The translations under genes and the position numbers were made by a program. This document shows positions 13,236 to 26,387 of a stretch of 64,000 bases of DNA, one piece after another; the stretch's first letter is position 1, and each line of letters starts with the position of its first letter. The notes below the pieces were generated by a model, which was not told the DNA's origin, searched no databases, and saw nothing but the letters and a program-made list of their open reading frames with translations. This DNA is from Octopus sinensis (lineage: Eukaryota). The stretch covers positions 128,154,001-128,218,000 of the forward strand of contig NC_042997.1 of the NCBI RefSeq assembly GCF_006345805.1. Reading direction: 5' to 3'.

Positions 13236-13285
13236 CTGTCTGTCAAATAGCGTAGGCTCGAAACGCAAAAGACTTTTATAGTCTT
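13236..13285 (+). ncRNA. Decayed hammerhead-like motif in a probable Penelope tail
   Basis: CTGTCAA-ATAGC-GTAG-GCTC-GAAAC-GC: stem II AGC/GCT and GAAAC present; first box has two mismatches to CTGANGA. Confidence 0.3.
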
Positions 13286-14235
13286 CCCGAGCGTTAAACT
13301 AATACACCTGTCTTCGTCTTTTGTTTTCTGTAAATTTGAACTATATAAATTCTTACACGCGTGCACACACACATACACACACACACACACACGTTTATAG
13401 AGAGAGAGAAATAGACGGACAGACGACAGACACTTAGACTGATAGACAGGCCTGGGTTCCCATCCCATCTTTTTTTTAACTAATAGTAGTCGGTAAATTA
13501 AAAACTAATTTAAAACTAATAGTAGTCGGTAATTTCAGGAGATAATACATTTGTGTTACTTATATAAGTATTTGATTGTTTTCGTTTGTTTTAATTATCA
13601 TGGCCAAGAGCATTCCGGAGCAATGCATATAAACAGAAACATTATCAATAAAAAAACAGATAATAATGTGGCGTTTATATTTCCGATAACAATATTGTCG
13701 TTGCATCAGGGCCAATAAGCCTGCACATCAGATTGTTTAGCGTATTTGTGGGTTCGAATCATACTTATTGTTATCTCGTTTTCATTTCATGAAATCATTA
13801 TCATCTGATGTTTACATATATATTCAATATCTAAGTATATATTTGTGTTAACAAGTGAAGCGTGAAAATTAATTAATTGTTTAATATATTGCAGGAAATT
13901 ACAATTTCAACATAGCTATAAAATATACAAAAACAGAAAGAGGAGAGCAACCAATCATGAAATCAGGCAACAGTTTCGCTTAGTTTCCCTCCTCCATAAT
14001 TATCTTACTGCTTATTTGTAACGACATTCAGGTCAGAGCAACAATACAAGTTGTGAACATACCCTAGTCGTATCACTATAGAATATTATAGCATTCTTTG
14101 TCTTTCTTTTTTTATTTCCTGCTACTCACTCTCACTTCCCTCTCATGACAGTCGTCTGCCCCCTGGAGTTTACTGTACCTTGTATACATACAAACATAAA
14201 TACAGACGCGTGTAACTCAATTTATCTGCCCAATG

Positions 14236-14300
<65 letters not shown>

Positions 14301-14323
14301 TGTGTGTACGTGTGTGTGGGTAT

Positions 14324-14633
14324 AGCGCAGTGGTGGCTGTGTGGCAAGTTTGCTTCTCAACTACATGGTTCTGGGCTCAGTCTCACTGCATGGCAACTAG
14401 GGTAAGTGTCTTCTACTATAGCTGCGAACCGCCGCAATTCCCACCATTACTTGACAACCGGTGTTGGTGTATTTACAGCCCCGCAACTTGACGCTTCGGT
14501 AAAAGAGAATAAGTACTAGACTTTAAAAATAGCCATGCAGTCAATTTGTTGGACTAAGGCCCTTACAAAGTGTTCTCCCAGGGTGGCCGCAGTCACATGA
14601 CTGGAAGCAGTGAAAGATAAACGATAAAGATAA
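14324..14633 (+). mobile_element. Composite tRNA-derived SINE, internally deleted
   Basis: Head (GTGGCTGTGTGG...GGTAAGTGTCTTCTACTATAGC) joined to tail (TTGACAACCGGTGTTGG...GGCCGCAGTCACATGACTG). Full form at 60294-60760. Confidence 0.65.
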
Positions 14634-14717
14634 GGCACGTGTGTGTATAAATATATATATATATATATATATTATATATAATATATATCAAAACAAATCA
14701 AATAGATGAACATCAAT

Positions 14718-15185
14718 GGAATTTGTATCTTTGTGGTACCAGTGCCGGTGCACCCAGAAATCATCCGAACGTGGCCGTACCAGTACCGCATAGACTGGCC
14801 TCCGTGCTTTGGGGACGTAACAAACACCATCCGATCGTGGCCGTCCGCCAGCCTCATCGGCACCTGTGTCGGTGGCACATAAAAACACCATCCGAGCGTG
14901 GCCGTCTGCCAGCCTCTTCTGGCACCTGTGTCGGTGGCACATAAAAACACCATCCGACGTGTGCCGTCGCCAGCCTCGTCTGGCACCTGTGTCGGTGGCA
15001 CATAAAATCACCCACTACACTCTCGGAGTGGTTGGCTTAGGAAGGGCATCCAGCTGTAGAAACACTGCCAGATCTGACTGGCCTGGTGCAGCCTTCGGGC
15101 TCCCCACACCCCAGTTGAACCATCCAACCATGCTAGCATGGAAAACGGCGCGTAAATGATATGATGATGATGTGATGATGATGAT
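14718..15185 (+). mobile_element. Interspersed repeat with internal ~61-bp tandem units and (GAT)n tail
   Basis: Units AAACACCATCCGANCGTGGCCGT...GTGTCGGTGGCACATAA start near 14822, 14883 and 14945; then GGAAGGGCATCCAGCTGTAGAAAC and a TGATGATG tail typical of a retroposon 3' end. Confidence 0.7.
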
Positions 15186-15238
15186 ATATACTCACACACA
15201 CATATCATACATAAAATGCATACAGACACACGCACACA

Positions 15239-15269
<31 letters not shown>

Positions 15270-15286
15270 TACACACACACACACAC

Positions 15287-15325
<39 letters not shown>

Positions 15326-16082
15326 CATAATAGAGAAAGCTGCTTATTAATAAGGTATGTAACAGTTACTAAAAGAAAGCAATTATTAAAGGTTTGACCG
15401 TCTGGAAATTTTTCTATAAATTCATGTTCCAAGAAATTTCTTGTAATTTCGATTTCTGAAGTTTATTGAATATTTGAACTACAAGATTTTTACAAATTTA
15501 AATATTCGTTGCACTCACAGTGCAGTAGATTTGAATGTTTAAGAAACAATATGAATTCGTTGCAGGCGAAATTAAGATGTGATCTTTTTGGTATGGCTGT
15601 TTGGAATGCTATAAGTCTTACAATAATATCTATGTGATCGCTGCTATTTCTAGCACGCTAAACATACTTGGGTTACCTTAAAGTTTGCTTAAATTAGAGA
15701 TGTATTACAACTACGGTAAATTACTGAAATAGATATTTACTAAGTAAGTGTAATTTTTTTATAAATTGAAGTTTTCAAGAAAATTTACTTTCTGAAATTC
15801 CTTTTAATTATTGAATATTTCAAGTTCACAAATTTAAATATTCGGTACAAGATAGTTTTTAACGAGCTTTTATTTATACAATTTTTTCATTTCATGTTTA
15901 TTTCATTTATTGTTTGCAATGTTCCCTCTCTCTCCTTCCCTCTCTCTCCCTTTCTCTCTCTCACACACAAACTCTCTAATATAAACACACAAACTGTCTC
16001 TGTAATATAAACACATACATATACTCCATGTTTGATTTTGTTACTACACAAATGTCACAGTAAAATTCTGTAATTCAACGTA

Positions 16083-16680
16083 GGGCGTCCAAAAACATAT
16101 GCGACTGAAAAAGAGCATTTAGCAGCAAAGACACGGCGGCAAAGTAAGAGACAGACAACTGAATCAGGTAAAACCAGGGCAAAGCTTCTGAAACAAATGT
16201 CGGAATATGCACGTAGATGTAGGAATGATTCTGTTTCCGTTACACATGACCGACTGGTTAGCGTATCTCGAGAGGTGAATATTCTACTTTAAAATAAGAC
16301 ACCGAGCCAGCTTTCACCGTCTGTGACTGTTCAGCTGCCTATTGATAATCAGCATCAAGTGGGAGGCCTTCTACACTTCAGTGAGATACAAACAGAAACA
16401 CCAGTGCCAACAAACAGGGTGCTGAAAGACGAAACCGAATATTTACAGCAGAAGTACAAGCAAAAAAATTTTCAAACTAGGAAGAATTCTATTAAAGCCA
16501 GTTTCGATCATTTTCAAGAACAGGCTGTCCTCTCTATTAAACAGCTACATAATGCAGGGAGTCTATTTGATAATGTTTGTTCATACGGCAAAGCTTACAG
16601 ATGGGGTGCAGAACTGAAATTTCTATGTTATTTTGAGAGGAAGATAAAATTTGACAAACTGCTTTCCCACCCCCTCCGCA
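16083..16680 (+). mobile_element. Possible Helitron RepHel N-terminal remnant
   Basis: One frame with an internal stop: GRPK...ESGKTRAKLLKQMSEYARRCRND...RL (charged repeat), later VCSYGKAYRWGAE...LCYFERKIKF..L..P, resembling the Helitron CxxCxAxxWxxE...CCxxGKV motif with two Cys lost. Confidence 0.45.
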
Positions 16681-17944
16681 GTTGGACTACCTTCATGTTT
16701 GTTTAAACAAGAGAGATTATGCCTGTGATAAAATTATGAAAGCAATATTTACTAAGCAAGTGATCGCTAATATACAAAGAAATAATTAGACGTAAAATAT
16801 AAAAATTATTAGAATTGGGAATCAAATGTGAAAATATTATCAAGTGGCTAGCAGAAAACCGTCCGGATGGCGGTCTTTCTGCTAGTATCTATAATGAATT
16901 AATAATAAGGAGAACAGAGATTTATATATCCAGTTTTATTCTGCAGTCAGTCACGTCTTTCCATTCCTGCACATATGTGTGTATATATGTATGTATATAT
17001 ACATTACATATATAGATATATATATATATATATATAATATATATATAATATATATAATATATATATATAATACATACATACACACATTTATTTATTTTTT
17101 ATTTGCATTATGCATGTTGTGTGCGAGCGAATAATTACTTGTGAAGAAGGAGAAAAGGAGATCTTCAATACTGAGAGTAGACTTATTTAACACGTAATTA
17201 ATGATGTAAGGGGAATATTGTACACCAGAATATGTATGAAATACAGAATATATATAAAATATCATAAGAAAAGTTGAGAGTACACCGCAAAGACTACGAC
17301 CATCTCTAAAATCCACGATCCCTGACCCACATTGTCAGAGAGATACATACTCAATGAATCTTTACAGTGGCAGCAGGGAAGGAGATCCTAAGCGACTCAA
17401 GTTGCCTGAGGGATCCAAGTTGCCTACTTACAGGAAGCTACAGAAAATCTAAGCCGTCGGAAACTCGCCTTAAGGCTGACTTCTGCAGCTTATTTTTCTT
17501 TCAAAGGAACCCGCCACCCGCCCAAATTTTTATCTTCTGGACCAACCCATAAAGTTGTAGAGTAGTCGGCCCCATCATGCTTAAGAAGCTTTGTCTACCC
17601 TTCTATAGTCACTATGTTCTGATAAGAACTAACGGCCATCAGTCTCAATGTGTTCTCACAGTTGGTGATCATTCACCATCAGGAATATTTCTGAGTACCC
17701 CTGCACTATTTGCTAGATAATCAGTGACTATTCTGGGTTCAGCCATCCTTTTCACAGGCCTTGCTTTTATCTGGTGGCCTAACCGACGCCGAGCCTTCAT
17801 TACAGATAGTATTGCATTATATGTTACTCAAAACGATTTGACACCACAAAAATGATTATGTACGTGCATGCATATAAGCACAAACATAAATATATTTACA
17901 TATGCCAACATACACACACACACACACACCACACAAAGCTATTG

Positions 17945-18580
17945 CTTTTGGGCAGATGAACAGCCAAATGACTTTGTCCAATATTTGAAATAGTACTCTC
18001 CAATTGTTAATATGAGGATGGTATGACAAAATCTATGATTTATATACATGTTTTCCTTTACTGAAGCTACAGTTATTAGAACCAATGATTCTTGACATGT
18101 TGCATCAATTCATTGAGCTTCTGTTAGCTGCATATTCGGTAATTAACTGTATCGTGTTTCAACAAGATGGCGTCTGTTGCCATTACGCCACAATTGTTCA
18201 GAATTACTTGCATAAACTTAATGGATTGAAGGCTGGAGAATGTGAGACACTGGTCAACTAGATCACCAGATCTAACTGGCTTGGATCTGAGACTTTACCA
18301 AATGGCAAGTCTACTCTAAATAATGATTACAAAACCGGATCATCTATAAGAAGCTTTACGAAATACAGCAGTTAACATAACGTCGTAACAGCACCAAAAT
18401 GTGTTTCGAAATGCTGCTTAATTATTTCAGTTACACAGAGAATCACTGACGGCTGTCAGGTGGAACTCTGCCTCATGAAACATCAAACAATGTTACTAAT
18501 CTTTCATTGTATATTACTGAAATATTTTTATCACTTTAATGTACTTTATTAAAATAGAGGGGGATTTAATGGATACCCTG
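17945..18580 (+). mobile_element. Degenerate Tc1/mariner-superfamily transposase (DDD type, maT-like), 3' half
   Basis: FWADEQP...SPIVN; VFQQDG..HY at 18154; after a frameshift WSTRSPDLTGLD at 18251. Ends in TIR-like GATACCCTG. Confidence 0.75.
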
Positions 18581-18620
18581 AATTTTACTGCACACATTAC
18601 GCACAAAGACACACGCACGC

Positions 18621-18660
<40 letters not shown>

Positions 18661-18847
18661 ATTAAATGTAGGAATAAAGGGATAGGTGCTGAAATCTTTG
18701 TAATCTGCAGTCGAGAGTTGATGAAGGGAATGTCACGAAGTGCAAGGTATATGTAAATGTCACATATATATATATAAGTATAGTGTATCTGTATGTGTGT
18801 ATGTATATATGTATGCATATGACATACATACATATATACATATTTAC

Positions 18848-18879
<32 letters not shown>

Positions 18880-18913
18880 TATAATATATACATATACATA
18901 TATATATACATAT

Positions 18914-18961
<48 letters not shown>

Positions 18962-19119
18962 ATATATATATGATATATAATATCTATATATATATATATA
19001 CATACATATATACATGCATATATACATGCATATTTACATATATATATACGTACATATATATATATATATCTATATATATATATGCATATATATATACATA
19101 TATATAACTATATATATAT

Positions 19120-19167
<48 letters not shown>

Positions 19168-19173
<6 letters not shown>

Positions 19174-21124
19174 CTTTTTCCAATGCGCCAGAGAAAAATT
19201 TGTTGCTTGTTATCAGTCGTAAGACACTTGTTTTTCACCGTTAATGCTTCTGTATTTCATGTTTCTGTATTCCATTATGTTTTTTGTTTTTTTTATATCT
19301 GTCCCTTTTGCTGTCCTGGTGTTCGTATGCATTCGATCCTTCTTCCATAAATCTACGCTTCCGCTTAGTTTTTCTTGGATGGCTGGCCGTGATCTAGTAA
19401 TCTCAAGATTATCAGCCGAAATTACTACGATGATCCGGTCTTGACTGAAGACTGAGGGGTTCGAATGTCCTGTCCATGTTTATTGTATCGTCGTCTATGA
19501 GTTATACGTTCTTGTCCATGTTGTATTTTCTACATACCTTAACATATATTCCAGCGCCCCCGTACCCCCTTTATCCTTAATGTGAACACATATTCTTAAT
19601 AATTGTACGACTCTCTGTTTGTCTCTCTCTCTCTCTCATTTTTACTTTCTCTCTATTCATCTTCTCTTTCCTCTGATCCTTTGGTCTAGTCTTCCACTAC
19701 CCTCCTATTTCTTTGTCTCGCTCTGCACTCACAGGTCATTCTTCGACACCCATCCCTTCTCCTCTCTGATTCTCTTTCTCTCTCTTCTCTCTCTTTGTTT
19801 GCGTTTGTCCCCCCTTTTTCTCTCTCTCTCTCTTTCCTTTGCTTCTCTTTCTTTTTTCTTTTCCTCTTCTCTGTCACGTGACTGTTGGCCGAAATCTGCC
19901 TTTCGCTCCTGACCCTCGTCGTGTTAACATCGTTGTTCTTCGTCCGCCGCTATAAAAGGCTTTTTTCCAATGCGCAGAGAAAAAATTTGTTTGCTTGTTA
20001 TCAGTCGTAAGACACTTGTTTGTTTTCACCGTTAATGCTTCTGTATTTCATGTTTCTGTATTCCATTATTGTTTTTTTTTTTTTTATATCTGTCCCTTTT
20101 GCTGTCCTGGTGTCGTATTCGCATCCTCCTTCTTCCAGGAAATCTACGCTTCCAGCTTAGTTTTTCTTGGAGGGCTGGCCGTGATCTAGTAATCTCAAGA
20201 TTAATCAGCCGAAATTACTACGATGATCCGGTTCTTGACTGAAGACTGAGGGGTTCGATGTCCTGTCCATGTTTATTGTATCGTCGTCTATGAGTTATAC
20301 GTTCTTGTCCATGTTGTATTTTTCTACATACCTTAACATATATTCCAGGCGCCCCGTACCCCCTTTATCATTATGTGAACACATATTCTTAATAATTTGG
20401 TACGACTCTCTGTTTGTCTCTCTCTCTCTCTCATTTTTACTTTCTCTCTATTTCATCTTCTCTTTCCTCTGATCTTTGGTCTAGTCTTCCACTACCCTCC
20501 TATTTCTTTGTCTCGCTCTGCACTCAAGGTCATTCTTCGACACCTATCCCTTCTCCTCTCTGATTCCTCTTGCTCTCTCTTCTCTCTCTTTGTTGCGTTT
20601 GTCCCCCTTTTCTCTCTCTCTCTTTCCTTTGCTTCTCTGTCTTTTCTTTTCCCTCTTCTCTGTCACGTGACTGTTGGCCGAAATCTGCCTTTCAGCTCCT
20701 GACCCTCGTCGTGTTAACATCGTTTTCTTCGTCCGCCGCTATAAAAGGCTTTTTCCAATGCGCCAGAGAAAAAATTTGTTTGCTTGTTATCAGTCGTAAA
20801 CACACTTGTTGTTTTCACCGTTAATGCTTCTGTATTTCATGTTTCTGTATTCCATTATTGTTTTTTGTTTTTTTATATCTGTCCCTTTGGCTGTCCTGGT
20901 GTTCGTAGGCATTCGATCCTTCTTCCAGGAAATCTACGCTTCCAGCTTAGTTTTTCTTGGAGGGCTGGCCGTGATCTAGTAATCTCAGATTAATCAGCCG
21001 AAATTACTACGATGATCCGGTTCTTGACTGAAGACTGAGGGTTTCGAATGTCCTGTCCATGTTTATTGTATCGTCGTCTCTATGAGTTATACGTTCTTGT
21101 CCATGTTGTATTTTTCTACATACC

Positions 21125-21128
<4 letters not shown>
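19168..21128. repeat. ~790-bp tandem repeat, 2.5 copies
   Basis: Unit start AAAAGGCTTTTT at 19168, 19954 and 20743. Copies differ mostly by 1-bp indels. Flanked by (CA)n and (TA)n. Confidence 0.95.
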
Positions 21129-21168
<40 letters not shown>

Positions 21169-21366
21169 AGAATTTCCCCTCCAGCATTGTCCTTTGATTT
21201 GTTTTTCTTCGTTGCCTTCGCAATATATATTTTAAATAAATGCATACCTATATGCATACATACATACATACATGCATACTGATTTCGTAGTTCACTTAAT
21301 GTCTGTTCTGTAATACAATCAATCGCCTCTCTCTTTCTCCCTCTCTCTCCCTCTCTCTCTCTTTAT

Positions 21367-21456
<90 letters not shown>

Positions 21457-21682
21457 GCATGTATGTATACAGAGAGTGAGGGAGAGAATTATAATAAAAG
21501 AAAAATATACTTGAAAATGGGAATAGACACCACACACACACACACACAGAAGAGATTATATGGAGTGATAGAAAACAATGGAAGTGTTGTGGGATGAAAG
21601 GGTAAGTGGAAGAATGTGCAAGGCAGTGGATACAGTGAGAAAGAAGGAGGAGGAAGAATGAGAGGAGAGACAGAGGCAGGGG

Positions 21683-21722
<40 letters not shown>

Positions 21723-22675
21723 GGCAGACAGTCAGGCAGACAGACAGACAGACAGACAGACAGACAGCGGACGGATAGGCGGACGGATAGGCGGACGGAC
21801 GGACGGACAGATAGATAAACAGACTGAGTTGAGAGAGGCGGTGGAAGAAAACGTGAAGGGCCAGGAGGTTGCGTGTCATTTGATAATGATGTCTGCAAAA
21901 GATGTATAAATTAGGAAATGAAGGGGTTAAAAATAAGACAAAAGAACATAATTGGGTTCAAACCGAAGATCCACCCTTCCCCCACACATGCCAACTCACT
22001 CTCAACTACTCTTCCTCGACAACATTCTTTATACAATAGGGGACATCTAAGTTGGTTCTACTACAATGACAGGTAAACGGGTACTGCATCTCGTACATAT
22101 CATTACGTCTCACTACTTCAGTGTTTGTAACTGCGTGCTTTTCTGTGTTTTTATTAACTTATGTCAATACGCGTATGATCTTGTATGTATGTATGCATGT
22201 ATGCATGGATGCATACATGGATGTATGTATTTATGCAGGCAGGCAGGCAGCTGATTTATACCTATTAATTCTACCACTGTTTTTTTTTTGTTTTTAATAT
22301 TAGCTTGCCTGATTGCTTTTAAGAGCACTTTCCGAGTTGGCTTCTAAATTTCTATGTATTCTATTTTATCAATTTCGCCTAATACTATTTGTGAAGTTGT
22401 TTTTCTGGGGTGATTTTCTGTTTTCAGTGTCTATGTATAAGTTAATATTCTAAGTCCGAATTAATTTGCCTCTTCTTAAAGGAGCTTTCTCATAGTTATC
22501 TAATCCCGAGCTTCATATTTTTTTTTTTATTCCGTGTTGAATTTAGGAACGATAATTTCTTGTTTTTTTTTTTTTCTTTTTCAGCTCGCTATTACCACTT
22601 TCAAATAATTTTAAATTAATTCATATCGAGGAGATAGATGGTCTATAGTTAGTTCGTAATATATTTACCAATGTC

Positions 22676-23068
22676 AAGGCGACGAGCTGGCAGAAACGTT
22701 AGCACGTCGGGCGAAATGTTTAGTGGTATTTCGTCTGCCGCTACGTTTTGAGTTCAAATTCCGCCGAGGTCGACTTTGCCTTTCATCCTTTCGGAGTCGA
22801 TAAATTAAGTACCAGTTACGCACTGGGGTCGATATAATCGACTTAATCCGTTTGTCTGTCCTGGTTTGTCCTCTCTGTCTTTAGCCCCTTGTGGGTTGTA
22901 AAGAAATAGGTATTTCCTCTGTCTTTATGTTCTGAGTTCAAATATCACCGAGGTCGACTTTGCCTTTTATCCTTTCAGGGACTTTGCCTTTTATCAAGTT
23001 GAATACCGTGGGGGGGGGGGTCGATCTAATCGATTTCCTCCACCTCCTCAAAAATTTCAGGCCTTAAG
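22676..23068 (+). mobile_element. Nin/Deu-domain SINE dimer with 18-bp TSD
   Basis: Full monomer plus A-box-less monomer joined at 22908/22909. TSD AATATATTTACC(A/T)ATGTC at 22658-22675 and 23069-23086. Confidence 0.9.
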
Positions 23069-23086
23069 AATATATTTACCTATGTC

Positions 23087-23300
23087 AAGGCGGCAAGATG
23101 ACAAGAATCGTTAACGCATCAGGAAAATACTTAGCGGCATTTCGTTCAGCTTTACGTTCTGAGTTCAAAATTCCGTCCAGGGCCGACTTTGCCTTTGCAT
23201 CCTTTCAGACTCGATAACATAAGGACCAGTCGATCAGTGGGGTCGACATAATCGATTTACCCACTTCCCCAAAATTGCTGGCCTTTTGCCAAAATTTGAA
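23087..23300 (+). mobile_element. Nin/Deu-domain SINE monomer (diverged)
   Basis: AAGGCGGC head, GAGTTCAAAATTCC B box, GACTTTGCCTTT.CATCCTTTC core. Confidence 0.85.
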
Positions 23301-23510
23301 ACTAATAATGTATCGAATGGTGGTTTCATTCAACAGGTTTAAATGTAGTAAGATATAGGCAAAAAAGTAGAAAGAATCATGGGTCGCCCTTTGACGACTA
23401 CTCTTCTTATGGTTATCAGGCTTGTCTTAAATATCTCCTTATTGCCTTGTTCTGATATTGTTGTTTCCACTTTGTCATATAATGTGCTTGATGTATTTAT
23501 TCTGTGATTA

Positions 23511-25648
23511 CACTGGTCAACAAAATGAAACTTTTTATAATCATCAGAGTTGCTGATTGACTTTTCTGGGTTAATTTTTGATGCTGATTACAAATCTGAA
23601 GTCCGGTTTCCTCTATCAGGTCACATTTTCATGTTAATGATACCTGTTGTTTTAACTTATAGGATACATAAAGCATGTCTATATAAAGTATATTGAATAC
23701 AAGATACGATAATTTCATGGCCTTTTATTGTACAAAATTAGAATAATTGTATACAAATAAGTTAGAATACACTCAAATGCATAAAAACTTAAAATATTTG
23801 GGATCTGGACTTTCTATGGTGTTGTCTCAGGTTATCCCTGTATAACATCCAACAGTAGTCAGCTAACATTCCTGCATTCCAAAATCCTTGATATCGTTGT
23901 TCATCGATTTAATATCTTGATGAAAGCGTTCCCCTTGCTCATCAGACACTGCTCCAATGTTCTCTACAAAAAAAGTCCAGATGTGAATCAAGGAAATGGA
24001 CTTTTAGTGACATCCAACAGCCCATTGCAGCGTAGGAGTCTAGAAAACATTTCACTCCATTTCTAAACTCTAGAGATCTCTTGTTGCCTAGGAAATTTTC
24101 ACAGAGCCATTTGAAGGATTCCCAGGCTTTAAGCTCAATCTCATCCAGTGCTGTAAGGAAGTGGTTGTCTTTCAGGAGCTCTTTTATCTGCGGACCTAGG
24201 AATGCGCCCTCCTTCAGTTTTGCCTCGGTGATTTTTGGAAATTTGGCCTTCACATATTCAAAACCTTTTGAGCTTTTCCTGGCGAGTGTCTTCACGAATT
24301 GTTTCATGAGGCCAAGCTTTATGTGAAGAGGGGAAAGAAGAACATTTTCTGGGTATAAAAGTGGCTTACTCTGGACGTTAGAAACTCCTGGCTCATATGA
24401 TTTTCACAAAGGCCACTCTGATTGCATATAGTGCTTGTTAGTTGCACGACTGTCTCATAAGCATAAAAAGTAACAATATTTGGTGAACCCAGATTGCATT
24501 CCCATCAACATTCCAATCACCTTCAAGTCTCCACAGTCTTCCAGCTGTAGTTTGTATACTTTATGGCATTGAGGAGTACTTGCATGTTTTCATAACATTC
24601 CTTCATGTGCACTGAATGTCTTATGGGAATGGATGGTTTCTTATTGCCGTTGTGTAGTAGTACTGCCTTGAGGCTTCTCTTAGATGAATCAATGAGTAAG
24701 CGCCATTCAGCTGGAACATGCTCTTGGAACAAACAGCAAAATAACTCATCAGTGTTATTACTGAAACAAAATGGTCCATCAACAGGGAAGCATGAAGTCA
24801 GATCCCTATTTCACTTCCTAAAATGAGTAATACAAACATCTTTCTTAAGCAGACACTTTTCTTGTAGGCGAGTTCAGCTTTATCCTTCAACAATGACGAG
24901 TCTCTAACTAAATCATTTAACTCTCCGTGAGAAAATTTCTGTGGTACGTCTTCATTTTCAATCGTGAAATCTGCATCCACTTCAGTCTCTTCTACAGTAG
25001 TAGTATTTTCTTCAGGAAATACATCTTCATCAGACATCTGAAGGCCATTTTCTGGTGGTATTGGAATAAGAAGATCATCATCGTTGTATGGTACTGATCC
25101 TCTTGCTGATTCCAAGTTGGGATACACAATCTTATGCTTGGTCTTTACAGTAAACCCATATACATTATTAACGTTGTAGATATAACAGTCCATGAAATGA
25201 TCCTTTGGCTCTCTCTATATCATAGGTATTGCAAATGGCATTGCTCTCTTCCCCTTATTTAGTCAATCCCTTATTCCATTTGAACAAGCTGAGCAGATGA
25301 TGTGCCGGACCCAACTCTTATCTTGTTCCCCGTGAGAGCAGCCAAAGTATAACTGGTAGATCTTCTTGATTCCACTTGAGATGGCACGTTGCTGAGCTTT
25401 GGTGGTAAATGAACCACAGACATGACAAAATATATCAGGACTGTTCTTGCAATGCCTTGACATAGAATTTACCTGTATAAGATGTTTACATATAGCAATA
25501 CTGCTGATGGGAGTTATATACCTCTCTTATCTCATCAGAAAAACTGTGCCTGATAGAAGGAAACCGATTACATTTTAAAAATCTGCAGACAAAACTACAT
25601 ATAAAACACCATATAATATCCCTGATGAAAATTGGCTGCTGACTAGTG
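23511..25648 (-). mobile_element. Full-length degenerate Chapaev3 (CMC) DNA transposon
   Basis: Termini CACTGGTCAACA / TGCTGACTAGTG; TTA TSD at 23508-23510 and 25649-25651; subterminal inverted CGGTTTCC..TCTATCAGG. Transposase pieces: MSRHCKNSPDIFCHVC...YFG..GEQDKSW, DCYI, EWRLLIDSSKRSLKAVLLHNGN, LHIKLGLMKQFVK, GPQIK, MSLKVHFLDSHLDFF. Confidence 0.9.
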
Positions 25649-25860
25649 TTATTAGAGCTGCATTATTTTTATGTAGAATGTCTCCAATATCCAATAATGA
25701 GGAATGCTATCAAACGCAATCGTATGTCCTTCTGTAGTCAATCCAGCCGATAAGTTTCAGAGATATGTAGTGATGTACATACAAAGTTATATACAAACGA
25801 GATGCAGAGCAAACACATTATACATTATTTGATTATTTGATTTTTTTAAATATATAATTT

Positions 25861-26174
25861 GGCGGCGCAATGGCCCTGTGGTTAGGGCAGCGGACTCGCG
25901 GTCGGAGGATTGCGGTTTCAATTCCCAGACCGGGCATTGTGTGTGTTTATTGAGCGAAAACACCTAAAGCTCCACGAGGCTCCGGCAGGGGGTGGTGGCG
26001 ACTCCTGTTGTACTCTTTCGCCCCAACTTTCTCTCACTCTTTCTTCCTGTTTCTTGAGTAACGTTGCGATGGAGTGGCGTCCCGTCCAGCTGGGGGGAAT
26101 ACACACGCTATAGAAACTGAGAAACCGAGCCCATGAGCCTGGCTAGGCTTCAAAAGGGCGCATAAATAAAAAAT
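25861..26174 (+). mobile_element. tRNA-derived SINE with V-domain-like segment, 11-bp TSD
   Basis: Head GGCGGCGCAATGGCCCTGTGGTTAGGGC...GGTTTCAATTCCC; GCGATGGAGTGGCGTCCCGTCCAG. TSD ATATATAATTT at 25850-25860 and 26175-26185. Confidence 0.8.
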
Positions 26175-26387
26175 ATATATAATTTACACAAATAACCAAA
26201 TGTTAGCGTACGTTGTCGTCCTTTTACTGTCTTCTGTTATTGCTCGTTTCACAAAGTAGCTGCACTTCACAGATATATATTCTGCGCCGATACTTGTTCT
26301 GTTCTTTTGTAACACATCGCTCTCCTTGTGTGTAACAAGCCTTTTGTATAGTGTCAATGTAAGAGCTTTATATATTGTTGGCAAGCA

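Noticed and set aside
25861-25935. Functional tRNA genes at SINE heads (also 3863, 61068)
   Set aside because: Acceptor stems are incomplete and each continues into a SINE body, in one case with a clear TSD.
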